A DNA stretch of 64,000 nucleotides from Octopus vulgaris. Lineage: Eukaryota. The stretch is taken from assembly GCA_951406725.2 (NCBI GenBank), contig OX597814.1, positions 95,666,001 to 95,730,000 on the forward strand. The letters run 5' to 3'. The position numbers and the translations under genes are program-made. The first letter of the stretch is position 1, and every line of letters begins with the position of its first letter. Under the pieces are notes generated by a model, which did not search any database, was not told the origin of the DNA, and saw only the letters and a program-made list of their open reading frames with translations. Shown one piece after another: positions 53,346 through 64,000 of this stretch.

Positions 53346-55710
53346 CTGAAATAGGAAATGTTTTACTTTATTTTATAACAGAATTTCAAGTGGCTTTAAA
53401 TATATATATGGCAACTAAATCAATACAAAGAATGTTTAAGTATAGATTATCAGAAAAAAATAAGTTAAACTATAGATTGAGCTGACGTATGATCATAGGG
53501 TCTAGCCATGACCATCCCATCTATTTTCAGGCAATCTAAACAGGACTAACTACATTATCCAATGCTTCCTCCAATTTTAAGATGATATAGTGCAATATCA
53601 AGGGAAACTTAGCTATTATTGCTAACAAGTCGATCGACCATTCAATAACGTTTCGATCTTAAATCTAAACTCAGTCGTAAACACCGTGGTAAATATGAAA
53701 AATCATCATTGGAGGAGTTTCAAGATTTACTCAGTGTGGTCCTGCTTCTTGTTAATGACCCTCGCTTATTTATCCCTATTCATTTAACTACCATATATTC
53801 TCACTAAATGCTCAGAGGGCCATTATTTCGACAATATTTCTTTTGAGTTTTATTCGAAATTGTTGCTGGATTTACGCTCAATAACAAATGAAATGTCAAA
53901 AATAAAGGAAATTATAATATTTAATAATGCAGTTTCAGAAATCCCCAACCTTGTTCAAACGTTATGATACTAATTATTTTAGCCAACGTGTCTCAAAAAT
54001 TCGGTTAGTATAAGGTTAAGATATCTGAGTTCTGCTAACACGGAAAGGACCTTATTTGCGCCTATCTTACAACGAAGATTACATAACATACTATTCAACA
54101 ATTCCGAAATGAATAAATTCAAACGAAAGAAAAGACCCCCACCACGCATGCCTTTATTTTCAACAATATATAAACAAGAACTTCCTTTTTCATTGTTGCA
54201 CAAATTCTGAAATTAAAAACTTTTTATATCTAGTTTTTCAAAAGATGGGCCTCTGGGCCTCTGTATTTTTCGGTTTACATGTAAAAACAGGAATTTCAAA
54301 CAATAACTGTGACAAGAAGATTGCTCCAATATTTTAAATTAGTGCTTAGAACAGTTAATATTATTACCAATAAAAATGTTCAATCATGCTCTTCACCAAC
54401 ATACGAATTCGATAACAGGTGACGTAAAAGAAAAAAAAAAAAGAAAAATCCTACGCGAATATCCTCAAGTTTGTTCCTTAACCATTTCCAATATTCCGTC
54501 ACACTTTGTCACCTGCTTATTAGTTAGGATTATTCATCATCAATTCCAAGATTGATCATTTCCACCGATAATAAATGCAATAAGTTATTTAACAGATATA
54601 TTTAAATACTGGAGACATGAAAATTTTAAATAACTGAGGATTTTTTTTTTAAAGAAAAAAGTGGGGGCACAAAAGGTTTTTCTATCTGATTTCGGTCTAG
54701 AACCTGTCAAGAGTGACTGCAGTTTTTAAAAAAATATCGATAATATACTGCATCCTTTGTTAATTTAGTGTTAAGCTTCAATTTAAACGGGTTTAAACTA
54801 CGTAAGGAATCACTTAAAATATAAGTTTGTATAATATAATTAAAATATTTCTCATTTAAATTGAAATTAATAAGCAATACAAAAAGCTTGACAAAAACAA
54901 TTTCAACTGGTGTGACAACTCTGTAATAATAATTTAGAAATATGACCACTTTTAATTTGCTGAGTTTATTCGCACTTAAATTTCGAAAAATTAACGATAC
55001 TCTTTTTGAACATAATATAGTGCAAGCATACTACGAATTTAAACATTGAAGAATCTTAATTAAATCTGAATATAAACCCCAAAGTTTCGCTTCGCGTGTA
55101 ATTTATTCAGTTAGAGACAAAGATAACCAGAAAGGAGGGAAACTAAAGACAGTACAACTTTTTTTTAAATAAGGCGCAATTAAATTCTCGACCATTTGTG
55201 TAGGCGGGGGTGGGTGGATAGTTTAAACAAATATGATCAAGAAAATAGAAATTTGTGACCAAAAATGCTAACCTTTGTGTTTACAGTGTGACAATAGCAG
55301 GCAATCGAACGAATTCAGCTTTAAAGAGAAATTTGCTAGTGAGACAACTGAGTAGGGTTGAAATTTAAGAGACAGATGGAGACTGAAAGATGAAATATAT
55401 GAAGATTTCAAAACGATGTGTTTACGTTTTTGCTATTTTAGAATGGCGCCTCCCTGTCAACAAATAATAAATGCTCCCTAACACTCTAGCATGGCATTTC
55501 GCCAGTAAGAAAACTTACAAGATCGGAAAAGTAATCGTTATAATTGCCGCCTATAGTTTTATTCACTGACGGTTTTGTTTAGTGTATCGCCACAAACATG
55601 TTGGACCTTTCCGAAAGAAGATTGGAACTTATCATATTCCATAAGGTGAAATTTTTAAAAATGTAAGACGTAGAAAGCATCCCAGCACCTAGAATAACTG
55701 CACAACCTAC

Positions 55711-55774
55711 CTTCTCAAGAAGACGTCTCTTCGGTTGGTCACCGTCATCCAGCTGAATGAATCCAAACAGGCAA
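55711..55774 (-). CDS. KDM6A: Kdm6a/Utx coding exon 2 (CLFGFIQLDDGDQPKRRLLEK)
   Basis: ttttttcag acceptor and AAG|gtagg donor; 64 nt, the size I recall for human exon 2; in frame with exon 1; LFGF motif as in human RLFGFVRF. Confidence 0.95.
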
Positions 55775-56055
55775 CTGAAAAAATAAAATAAAACACCTTG
55801 CTCTTTATCTGAACCGTTAAACTTATAAGAGGAAGCGTCAAAAGCAGGTGACAGAGAGAGTCATTCAAAACGTGAAGGTATCCAGAGCAAGGTAGATATC
55901 GTGGGCCGAACCACATGACACACAGAGCATACTGACCTAAGAGACGCAGAAAAGGACAGATAGACTGATAAACCTTATTGCGTGTTTGAGTAAATAGCAT
56001 CATTACATGAAAACCTCAACAGAAAAATATCACAAAGTTGATAATAATAACAAAC

Positions 56056-56138
56056 CTATCAATTTCTAAAAGGTTTTGACGCTCTTCCGCCGTCAAAACC
56101 TGGTCAGCCGTGCTTTCGGTGAGCGTTTCTGTCCCCAT
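56056..56138 (-). CDS. KDM6A: Kdm6a/Utx histone H3K27 demethylase, coding exon 1 (MGTETLTESTADQVLTAEERQNLLEID-S)
   Basis: ATG in good context (aaacATGg) at 56138. The translation LTAEERQNLLEIDS resembles human UTX LTAEEREALGGLDS. Ends in phase 2 at an AG|gtttgt donor. Confidence 0.93.
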
Positions 56139-58139
56139 GTTTCATTAAATACAAAGTAGAAACCCCAAGATAGAAGACTTTAAAAAAAAAAAAAACAGGA
56201 TGTAATCACTGAGCTACTGCTAGTTTAACCTCGACCTCTCACCCTTTAGTAACAACCAATCGTACGCTTTGCTTCAAATACAGTTAAAATCGAGCTTGGC
56301 ATTTGTTAACGGAACACCGAGTGTCGTTGTAAATACTGCGCTACATCAACGCGCAACACAACTGTTTGATATTGTCAAATTTATTTATAATAATAATAAT
56401 AAAAAAAAGTAGTTTTTAATAAAATTAATTATGCACTTTTTAAAAAATTGTATTAAATTATTTATAATAAAACGTAATCATTCATTATTTAATGCTAATT
56501 GTCATTGTCACGTATGAGTTGATTCTAGTTAAGATGACTAATTGCATTATCAATAACGTGATTGTTAACGGATGTAATTCCAATCGCACAAATAAACCTT
56601 GGTGGGCTTCGTAGTTTGATAATAATGTCGTTTTCTTCTATCTTATGTTAAACACGCTAAATATAAATGTATGGGAAAATACTGACATTTATCTGAATCT
56701 GACTACCAGCTACCATTAATTCTTCAACTCAACTTTTTGCGCAAAAGATTCTCTGCGCAATAAAATAATCATATTACTAAATATTCAACATTTTGTTTGA
56801 CATACCCAACGTTTCTGATACCAATCCTAATTCATTTATGTATGTTAATCCCTCATACTAATGTGAATGATGCCATCTCTGGTTTCTATCCTCCTCAACC
56901 TTCCACATATAGATGTCATCTGAAAGGAATCTAGAAACTTTTCATTAAAATTAGACTACTTCTTCAAAAAGAAACCTCGTTTGAGCCCCCACTTCCATAT
57001 CCTTAGCTTACTTTAAAAACTTCATACAATCTTTCTCACATAAAGTTGCAACTCTTTAGAAACAACGTTCTCGTCAACAAGCAGAAGTCTTATCACAAGA
57101 TTGACATTGACCTCACCATCCTAGGGATAGGTGCTGGCTCTCCTCCTCGTACTAAATATCTTATTTTTATTTTAGTCTTCATATAGTTCACTTTTTTTTT
57201 TTTTTTAGTGATAGATGGGATAGTGTTGATGTTTATAGAGATACAGCTACCAAACATATCCACTTGGTCTCTTAGGCAAGCTACTATATTTATTCATGTA
57301 AAATTCAACTAGATCTCTTTTATTACAAAATTAAAATCAACGAAGTCATCTGGTAAGCTTACGAATATCATAAATGCTCTTACAGTTAATTGTTCCTGTA
57401 CATCTAGTATAACAAAAATTGTCTGTCAATCTTTTGGAGACCCGATTATATATTTTGAAAGAATGTGTACATCATATTGAGTTCCTACTTTTTCCCAACA
57501 AATTAAGAAAGTCGCTTTTCAGATAACATCAACATGGGTCAACTACCTTTTCATTGCATTTGTGATGGGGATTAACAAATGAGTATCTACAACTCAATGC
57601 AGAACAGATACTTCTAGGAGCTTCATCTATAAAGCACCAATTTTTTTAGTTTTCACACTTTGCAAATATACATTGACAGAAGATATACACACATATGCAT
57701 ACATGCAAACTGACGTGGATTCTCCAAATTCAATCTATTAGTGGCACAATGAAGATTTGTAAGACATCCCATAAATTCTCCATCTGAGATTCTAATGTGA
57801 ATAGATGCACACACTTAGATGTATGCATTGACAGTTTAACCAACACACCAACTCAAACACATATTTAGAAATAGTGGGAACATTCTTAACCCAAAAAGTC
57901 TTGTCACTTTGTTAGCAACCGGCTTGAACTCTCTCAAGAACTTAAATAAAGTTCAAAGAAAAATCATACATACATACAGGATGAATGTCTAATGGCGTAA
58001 ATGGAATAGGTATGTCTTATAAGTGGTCAGTTTGGTTTACCACCAAAACTCTGACTTGAACTGCAACTGAAAAGAAGTTGTTAAGGTGGCCTATCAAAGA
58101 TGGATATATCATCATAGAGTGGATATACACACACACATG

Positions 58140-58315
58140 GGCCCTGGCAATTTTCCTTCTCTTTCTCTGGACTTTCCTTTTTCTCCTTTCTGACGAAGAG
58201 CTATGCTCGAAACATAAAAAGCTCTCTCATTTCACTGAGCATCAAGCTAATATAATTCTTGTGCATGTCCTCACACTCATTTTTCTTTCGTTTTTTATTT
58301 GTTCTTTGAATTGAC
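58140..58315 (+). mobile_element. Penelope-like terminal repeat with hammerhead core
   Basis: cttt-CTGACGA-aGAGCtatGCTC-GAAA-cata. Confidence 0.55.
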
Positions 58316-58342
58316 TACACACACACACATACACACACATGC

Positions 58343-58392
<50 letters not shown>

Positions 58393-58447
58393 TAGAGAAT
58401 AAACAAGCAAAACATGTGGTATCACTTTAGAGCATCTAATTTATAAT

Positions 58448-58676
58448 TTAACCCTTTAGCATTTAAACTGGCCATATCCGGCCAAAAGTATTCTGCCTGT
58501 TTTATGTTCAAACTGGCCAGATCTGATCTCTCACACCAACCCTACAATATCATTTTAAAAATTAACAGCTACCTCATCAAAATCTCATAGCTACAAGATA
58601 AGGCATGATTAATTCAAAACAATGTGGATAAAGAAGCATTAATTTTGGCAGAATAATGTGAACACTAAAGGGTTAA
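58448..58676 (-). mobile_element. TTAA MITE family A
   Basis: ttaaccctttagc...cactaaagggttaa, with intact TIR and TTAA duplication. Confidence 0.85.
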
Positions 58677-58680
58677 ACAT

Positions 58681-59211
58681 AGTACACCATAGTTATAGTA
58701 AATAGGTAAAGTCTCTTACATCTGTTTCTAGAATAGCATGTGGAGCATATACTACTGAGCAAGGATTTCCATGAAAGCAAATTATTCTGTCATTGGAGAG
58801 AGAGAAATAAGTAAAGAATATCCTTAATCAACATTATTAGTAGTTACGAGTTCATTGAAAAACTAAGGAGTGTCCAAAATAGAAAGATAATAGTGGTTAG
58901 TAGTTCCACGACCAAAGAATCAATGGAATCTTTAGTAAAAGATAATATCTGTTGGCAGTTCCATTGTTGAAGTATCAAGGAAAATCTACCTCATTTTCCC
59001 TTCAAAGACAGAACTAGTAACTTCTACTACCTGTTACTTTGGATTTTCTTTGATACTTCAACAACGGAACTGCTAACTGATATTATCTTTTACTAAGGAT
59101 TTCATTAATTCTTCAGTCATGGAACTACCAACCACTATTATCTTTCTTCAGACATGCCATAGTTTTTCAATGAACAGGTAACTACTAATATCCTTGATGA
59201 AGGATATTCTT

Positions 59212-59247
<36 letters not shown>

Positions 59248-59325
59248 TGATGCTTAGCTATTCTAGAAACAGCTGTAAGAGCCTTTACCTATTTACTATA
59301 ATTACTCTGCACTAAATTTAAATTA
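58681..59325. repeat. Long imperfect inverted repeat (foldback): arms ~58681-58987 and ~59041-59325
   Basis: Arms are collinear in reverse complement, e.g. ttatagtaaataggtaaag / ctttacctatttactataa and ttagtaaaagataatatc / gatattatcttttactaa. Confidence 0.9.
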
Positions 59326-59843
59326 TAGACACATACATACATACATGCATCATACATACATACATACATACATATGTACGTTATATTTTGTAAGTCATTT
59401 CATCACATTTGCCCAATGACCTTCTTGATGGGTTTAAATTCTCCATATGATTTCTTTTGGTTGTTGTACTATTATATCCCATCTCTGTAGTGTTACTGTT
59501 GGTTCCATTTTATTTATACATTTTCATGTTTTCTTGTCATGTGTACATGGTAGTAGTTGAGTTTAGTTGGTTTTAATTTCATTACATCTTTATTCTTGTA
59601 TTACTGTGTGTGGGGGGGAGTGTTATTCCATTCATTCTTTCTCTTGAGCACATGTGATGGATTCGTGAGTTAGAATATGCTTTCTGTGTTTGTACAGCCT
59701 CTTTGTCTATTATAATGTTGCACCTTTTTGATGACTGGGAAGAATTTTTTCCTTCAAATTGTTTTATCAATCCATTGTGGCTCTGTATAGCATGTTAACA
59801 GAAACTGGTTATTGATTTCTTTCATTATATTTCTCTTACTCAA

Positions 59844-60052
59844 AGGTGCCAAACTGGCAGAAGTGTAAACACGCCAGGCTAGATGCTTAGCAATATTTTC
59901 TCTGTCTTTACATTCTGAGTTTGAATTCTGCCAAGGTCAACTTTGCCTTTCATCCTTTCGGGGTTGATAAAATAAGTACCAGCTGAGTACTGGGATCAAT
60001 GTAATCAACTTACCCCTCACCTACATTGCTGGCCTTGTGCCAAAATTTGACG
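59844..60052 (+). mobile_element. OK-type SINE
   Basis: ctggcagaagtg...ttctgagtttgaattctgccaaggtcaactttgcctttcatcctttcggggttgataaaataagtacc; a fragment also lies at about 26715-26790. Confidence 0.75.
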
Positions 60053-60059
60053 CCATTAT

Positions 60060-60285
60060 ATATATGTGTGTGTGTGACCGCGTGCATATCATTGGTGATT
60101 TTTTTTTCCTCCGTCTTCCCTTCCTTGGAATTTTCCTTTTCCTATGTTTCTGATGAAGATCTCTACTCGAAACGTTAAATCCTCCTTTCTTTCCTTTCCT
60201 GTGCATCCAATAACACTATACTTGTTCCACGTCCTCGCGTTGTTGTGTTTTCTCTTTGTGTTTCCATGTTTGGATTAACTATATA
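60060..60285 (+). mobile_element. Penelope-like terminal repeat with degenerate hammerhead core
   Basis: gttt-CTGATGA-agatctctactc-GAAA-cgtt-aaat; flanked by TA/CA tracts; sibling of 58140-58315. Confidence 0.55.
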
Positions 60286-60372
60286 TATACATACATACAT
60301 ATATATATACACACACATATATACACACATATATATACACACACACATATATATATGTATGTATATATATTA

Positions 60373-60621
60373 AAAATGGGGAAGGCTGGTTTATGGGGTT
60401 ACCTTAGGTTTCTCGTCCATAAAAGGTTTAGCTTCATGGCATATTGTCAGATCCCAAAAACCTGTTGGCCCATGACCTCTTAAAAATGTGGAGGGTGAAC
60501 TGATTCACCACTCAAAGGTCCTGTTGGCCAATGATCTCTAAAAAATATAGAGGGGAAAATGCATCACTCCTCAAAGGTTGGGAAACCTAAGGTAATTCCA
60601 TAAACTTGTCTTCCCCATTTT
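60373..60621. mobile_element. MITE with ~40-bp TIRs inserted in a TA tract
   Basis: aaaatggggaaggctggtttatggggttaccttaggtttc is mirrored by gaaacctaaggtaattccataaacttgtcttccccatttt; internal ~35-bp direct repeat. Confidence 0.75.
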
Positions 60622-60759
60622 GAATATATACTGCTCTTCTTTCGTATTTAGAGTGTCTTCTTTCGTATTTATGTTTTCTACAAATGATATATATATATAT
60701 ATATATAGCCTGAAAAGAAGAGGGTTGTAAAAAAAGAACACCACAACAAGCCTCTTCTT

Positions 60760-61330
60760 TCAGATGCTGAATAACATCCCTCCTCCCCAAACCTCACCCC
60801 ACATTCCCTTCCTAGTTTTCAGAGTTGGCACTGCCAATGTTGGTACACTGAAAGGTAGGTCTAGTGAGATTGTAGAGATGCTTGAAAGGAGACGGGTTGA
60901 TGTATGCTGCATACAAAGGGTAAGATGGAGAGGAGCTTCAGCTAGGGTCCTCACAGGCAAGGCACATAGGTATAAAGTCTTCTGGCAAGGTAACATGGAT
61001 AGAGTAGGGGGTGTAGGCAAACTCCTTGCAGAGAAATGAGTGGATAAGGTCATAGAGGTTGCTAGGGTATGTGATAGAGTGATTAAGCTCAGGCTAGTCT
61101 TGCAGAACAGCACAGCTACAATTATCTCCACCTACACACACCTACAATTATCTCCACCTACACACACCTACAATTATCTCCACCACATGCAGGGCTACCA
61201 AATGATCAGAAGGACCACTTTTATGATACCCTTCTACAGGCTACCTCAAAGACGAGTGGCAATGACCTCATCTTTGTGGCTGGAAACTTTAATGGGCATG
61301 TTGGGCAGGAATCTGGTATCTTCACTGGGG
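60760..61330 (+). mobile_element. RTE LINE 5' fragment (APE endonuclease), degenerate
   Basis: FRVGTANVGTLKGR...VDVCCIQ...GGVG...IFVAGNFNGHVG endonuclease motifs, with a stop and an internal ~26-bp triplication. Confidence 0.85.
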
Positions 61331-61459
61331 TAATGTACTAAATTGATTCAATCAGTTACATACCTACTTTATAAAATGTGGTATGGTGCCCGGTTGAAAT
61401 AAATCAACACTCATAACTGGGCTTTTTGATCAGTAGTCATAGGTTTATATTTTACCACA

Positions 61460-61620
61460 AGCAGGCATGGTTGTGTAGTTAAGAAGTTTGCTTCCTAACT
61501 ACTAGGTTTCAGCTTCAGTTCCACTGTGTGGTACCTTGAGAAAGCGCCATCTACTACAATCTTGGGTCAAGCAAAGGTTTGTGAGTGGATTTGGTAGACA
61601 GAAACTGAAAGAAGCTTGTC
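61460..61620 (+). mobile_element. OR-type SINE head
   Basis: gcaggcatggttgtgtagttaagaagtttgcttcc...gaaactgaaagaagc. Confidence 0.75.
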
Positions 61621-61669
61621 ATATATATATATATATATATATCATCTTCATCATTTAATGTCCATATTG

Positions 61670-62165
61670 ATGAGGACAGCTGCATCAAGAAGTGCCAAAC
61701 TCTAATTGTGGAGGGAATCTGTGGAAGGGGTAGACTCAGGAAGATGTGGGATGATGTGGTGAGGAAGGATTTTCAGATGTTGGGCCTCACAGAGGGAATG
61801 ACAAGGGAGTAAGACTTCTGGCAACTTGCTGTGTTTGAGAAAACACATCAAGCTAAGTAAAATTGTGGCTGTCCTTGCATACAGGCATGTGCCCTACATT
61901 CCTCATCAGCTGAGTGATCTTAATCTTGCGGACTCATGAGTGCTGGTGCCACCTAAAAAGCACCCATGCTGGTGCCCATGTCAGTGTCACATAAAGGAAC
62001 TCAGTACATTCTGTAAAGTGGTTGATGTTAGAAAGGACACCCAGCTGTAGAAACCATCCCAGAACAGACATGGAGTCTGGACAGTTCCCAGCTGGCCAGC
62101 TCCTGTCAAACCATCCAGCCCGTGCCAACATGAAAAATAGATGATAAATGATAATGATGATGATG
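61670..62165 (+). mobile_element. RTE LINE C-terminus and 3'UTR remnant
   Basis: GRGRLRKMWDDVV-like motif and an RTE-type tail ending in (GAT)n. Confidence 0.7.
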
Positions 62166-62544
62166 TTCCATGGCAGCCTGGGTTGGATAGGTTGACAGGA
62201 ATCAATGGCTCCAAGGACTGCATTGTGTAGTTTCTACACCTGGATGTCCTTTACAGCATATACTGGATGCTTTTTTCATACCATCAGTACTAGTGAGGTC
62301 ACATTCTTTATAACTTTGAATCTCTTTGCTTCTTCAGTGACCACAATATAGTTTTTACAGAACTAGATCTACTGGAAACAAGTGTTTTCCCCTTGTACAC
62401 TCATCTTGCTTATTGTGGAAAATGTTAAAAGTGAAATTTTTATCCTTAATGTTAGTAAAACTTTCAGCCAATAACACTGTGTAATCAAATTTTAATTTTT
62501 TTTGTCTTTGGTCAATAAGTGTTATTTCCTATTTGCTTCTATCT

Positions 62545-63125
62545 AGAAATCAAAGGAAATGAATACTATTCCCTTCAAACTTTGCTTTTGTGACCTGGAC
62601 ATCAATATTTTGAAACTGACCTGTTTTCCATTACATTTCAGACAGATTTAGTACTGAGTTGCTGAAGTAGAAATATTGTTACAGCAAATATTCTGCTCAG
62701 TACCACAGGTTTGCTTGTCAGTTGCTTGACCCTAACCACTTGAGAATGCCCTTTAGTGGCTGACAATACGTGCATCTCTGATCATGAGTAGGAGTAGTTG
62801 GAGAGCATCAGGCATGTGCTGAGAGGGATTCTTTAGATATTTCTACAGATTTTCTACAGAAATTATAGCCAGCACTGATTTTGTACTGGCTATAATTTCT
62901 ATAGAAAATCTGTAGATAACCTAACCTTAACAAATGATATAATAATACTGCTAAAACAGTAGACCTTGGTATTGACATATAAAAATGCTTAATATATTTT
63001 GTAGTATATTATGGTTGCATAATGAAATACAGTGTCCCTACAGGTCATTAATAGGATTCTTTGGTGTTTGAATAAATATAACAAAAGCAAAGTTTGAAGG
63101 AAATATTAGCCATTTTTCATACTTT
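62545..63125. mobile_element. TIR element carrying a nested insertion
   Basis: ccttcaaactttgcttttgt (~62572) is mirrored by acaaaagcaaagtttgaagg (63081). Confidence 0.65.
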
Positions 63126-63344
63126 CTAGGAGATAACAGTTGCTACTCAAGGACAAAAATTGTGTTACACAGTGTAATCTTCCAGCAAAGCTACTTGCTC
63201 TTCATCTCTTTGATTTTAAGTTTACTGACAACCACTTTTCAAGTAATGTGTCAACATGTTTCAACTTTTCCTGTATCTCAGACTTCAGTTATTTTTCCTG
63301 CACTCTTTCCTTTTTACAGTAATGTAAGAAGTCTCATGTTCTAG

Positions 63345-63575
63345 GACTCAAAGGGCTGGTTACTTGGTTTCTATGGAGTATAAGAGACTGAGATCATATT
63401 TCTCCTGAATGGGATACCAGTCTGTCTCAGGGTAACTCATTTACAGCTGAGTGGACTGGAGAAGCATGAAATGAAGTGTTTTGCTATAGAACACAATGCA
63501 CCACCCAATCTGGTAATGGAAACCATAATATTGTGATTGCAACTTCCTAACCACTAAGTCATGCACCTTCACCTC
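63345..63575 (-). mobile_element. tRNA-derived SINE (gaaggtgcatgacttagtggttag head)
   Basis: The head resembles the 22900 family; the body differs. Confidence 0.65.
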
Positions 63576-64000
63576 CACAGTGATGACATGCTCATTATTA
63601 CATTTAACCACACAAAACTTTCATGTGGATAATATCATTCCTCATTACCCCTGTCCTTTTACTCACAACTTTAATGAACAGAGATCTCAAACTGTCCTGA
63701 AATTGCAATACAGTAATCCAGCAGTAAGACAGACATATCAAGAACAAAAATCTACAATACTACACATCCTCCCAATTCATGAAGAATACATTCATAAAAT
63801 CTTCACATTCTCTACAAATATTAGAGTTTATAGATTCTAATGACCTTTCAGTGTTTATGCATGTGTAATTGGAGTAATTTTGGGTAAAAGACTTAATCAC
63901 CTATCCTTTGGTTTAACACTATTACTGGCCTTTGGACAGATTTGGTAGAGTTCACTTTGTTCCAAGCATTCAGGTCATGTCTCCAGTCTGAGGATAACTT

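Larger units (their letters stand above)
53500..57100 (-). promoter_or_regulatory. CpG-retaining promoter domain of Kdm6a; CCAAT at 56256-56260 and Inr-like TCAGT near 56208-56212
   Basis: Many CpGs and few repeats around exons 1-2, versus CpG-depleted introns. The motifs sit 70-120 bp upstream of the ATG. The exact TSS is inferred. Confidence 0.6.

Overview
AT-rich, repeat-dense animal genomic DNA. The repeat content (OK/OR-type tRNA-derived SINEs, RTE LINE tails ending in (GAT)n, TA microsatellites) points to an octopus or other coleoid cephalopod; this is inferred, not shown. The only host gene I can support is the 5' part of the H3K27 demethylase Kdm6a/Utx on the minus strand. Five GT-AG coding exons (56138-56056, 55774-55711, 53345-53204, 52045-51996, 38168-38110) splice in frame into the N-terminal TPR region, with intron phases matching human KDM6A. 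I could not find exon 6, so intron 5 appears to run more than 38 kb off the left edge. The introns hold a young 5'-truncated RTE LINE whose RT carries an inserted PHD-type finger, many SINEs, TTAA-target MITEs (two nested composites) and Penelope-like repeats with degenerate hammerhead-ribozyme cores. The best leads are: (i) a CpG-retaining, repeat-poor island at about 1-7.3 kb inside intron 5 with an Inr, a strong donor and a pre-miRNA-like hairpin, suggesting an internal promoter for an N-terminally truncated UTX; (ii) hammerhead-bearing repeats and a ~600-bp foldback upstream of the main promoter; (iii) inverted RTE tails bracketing exon 5 and a ratchet or poison-exon site just downstream. 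Most ORFs in the supplied track are spurious or repeat-derived. Repeat boundaries are approximate.
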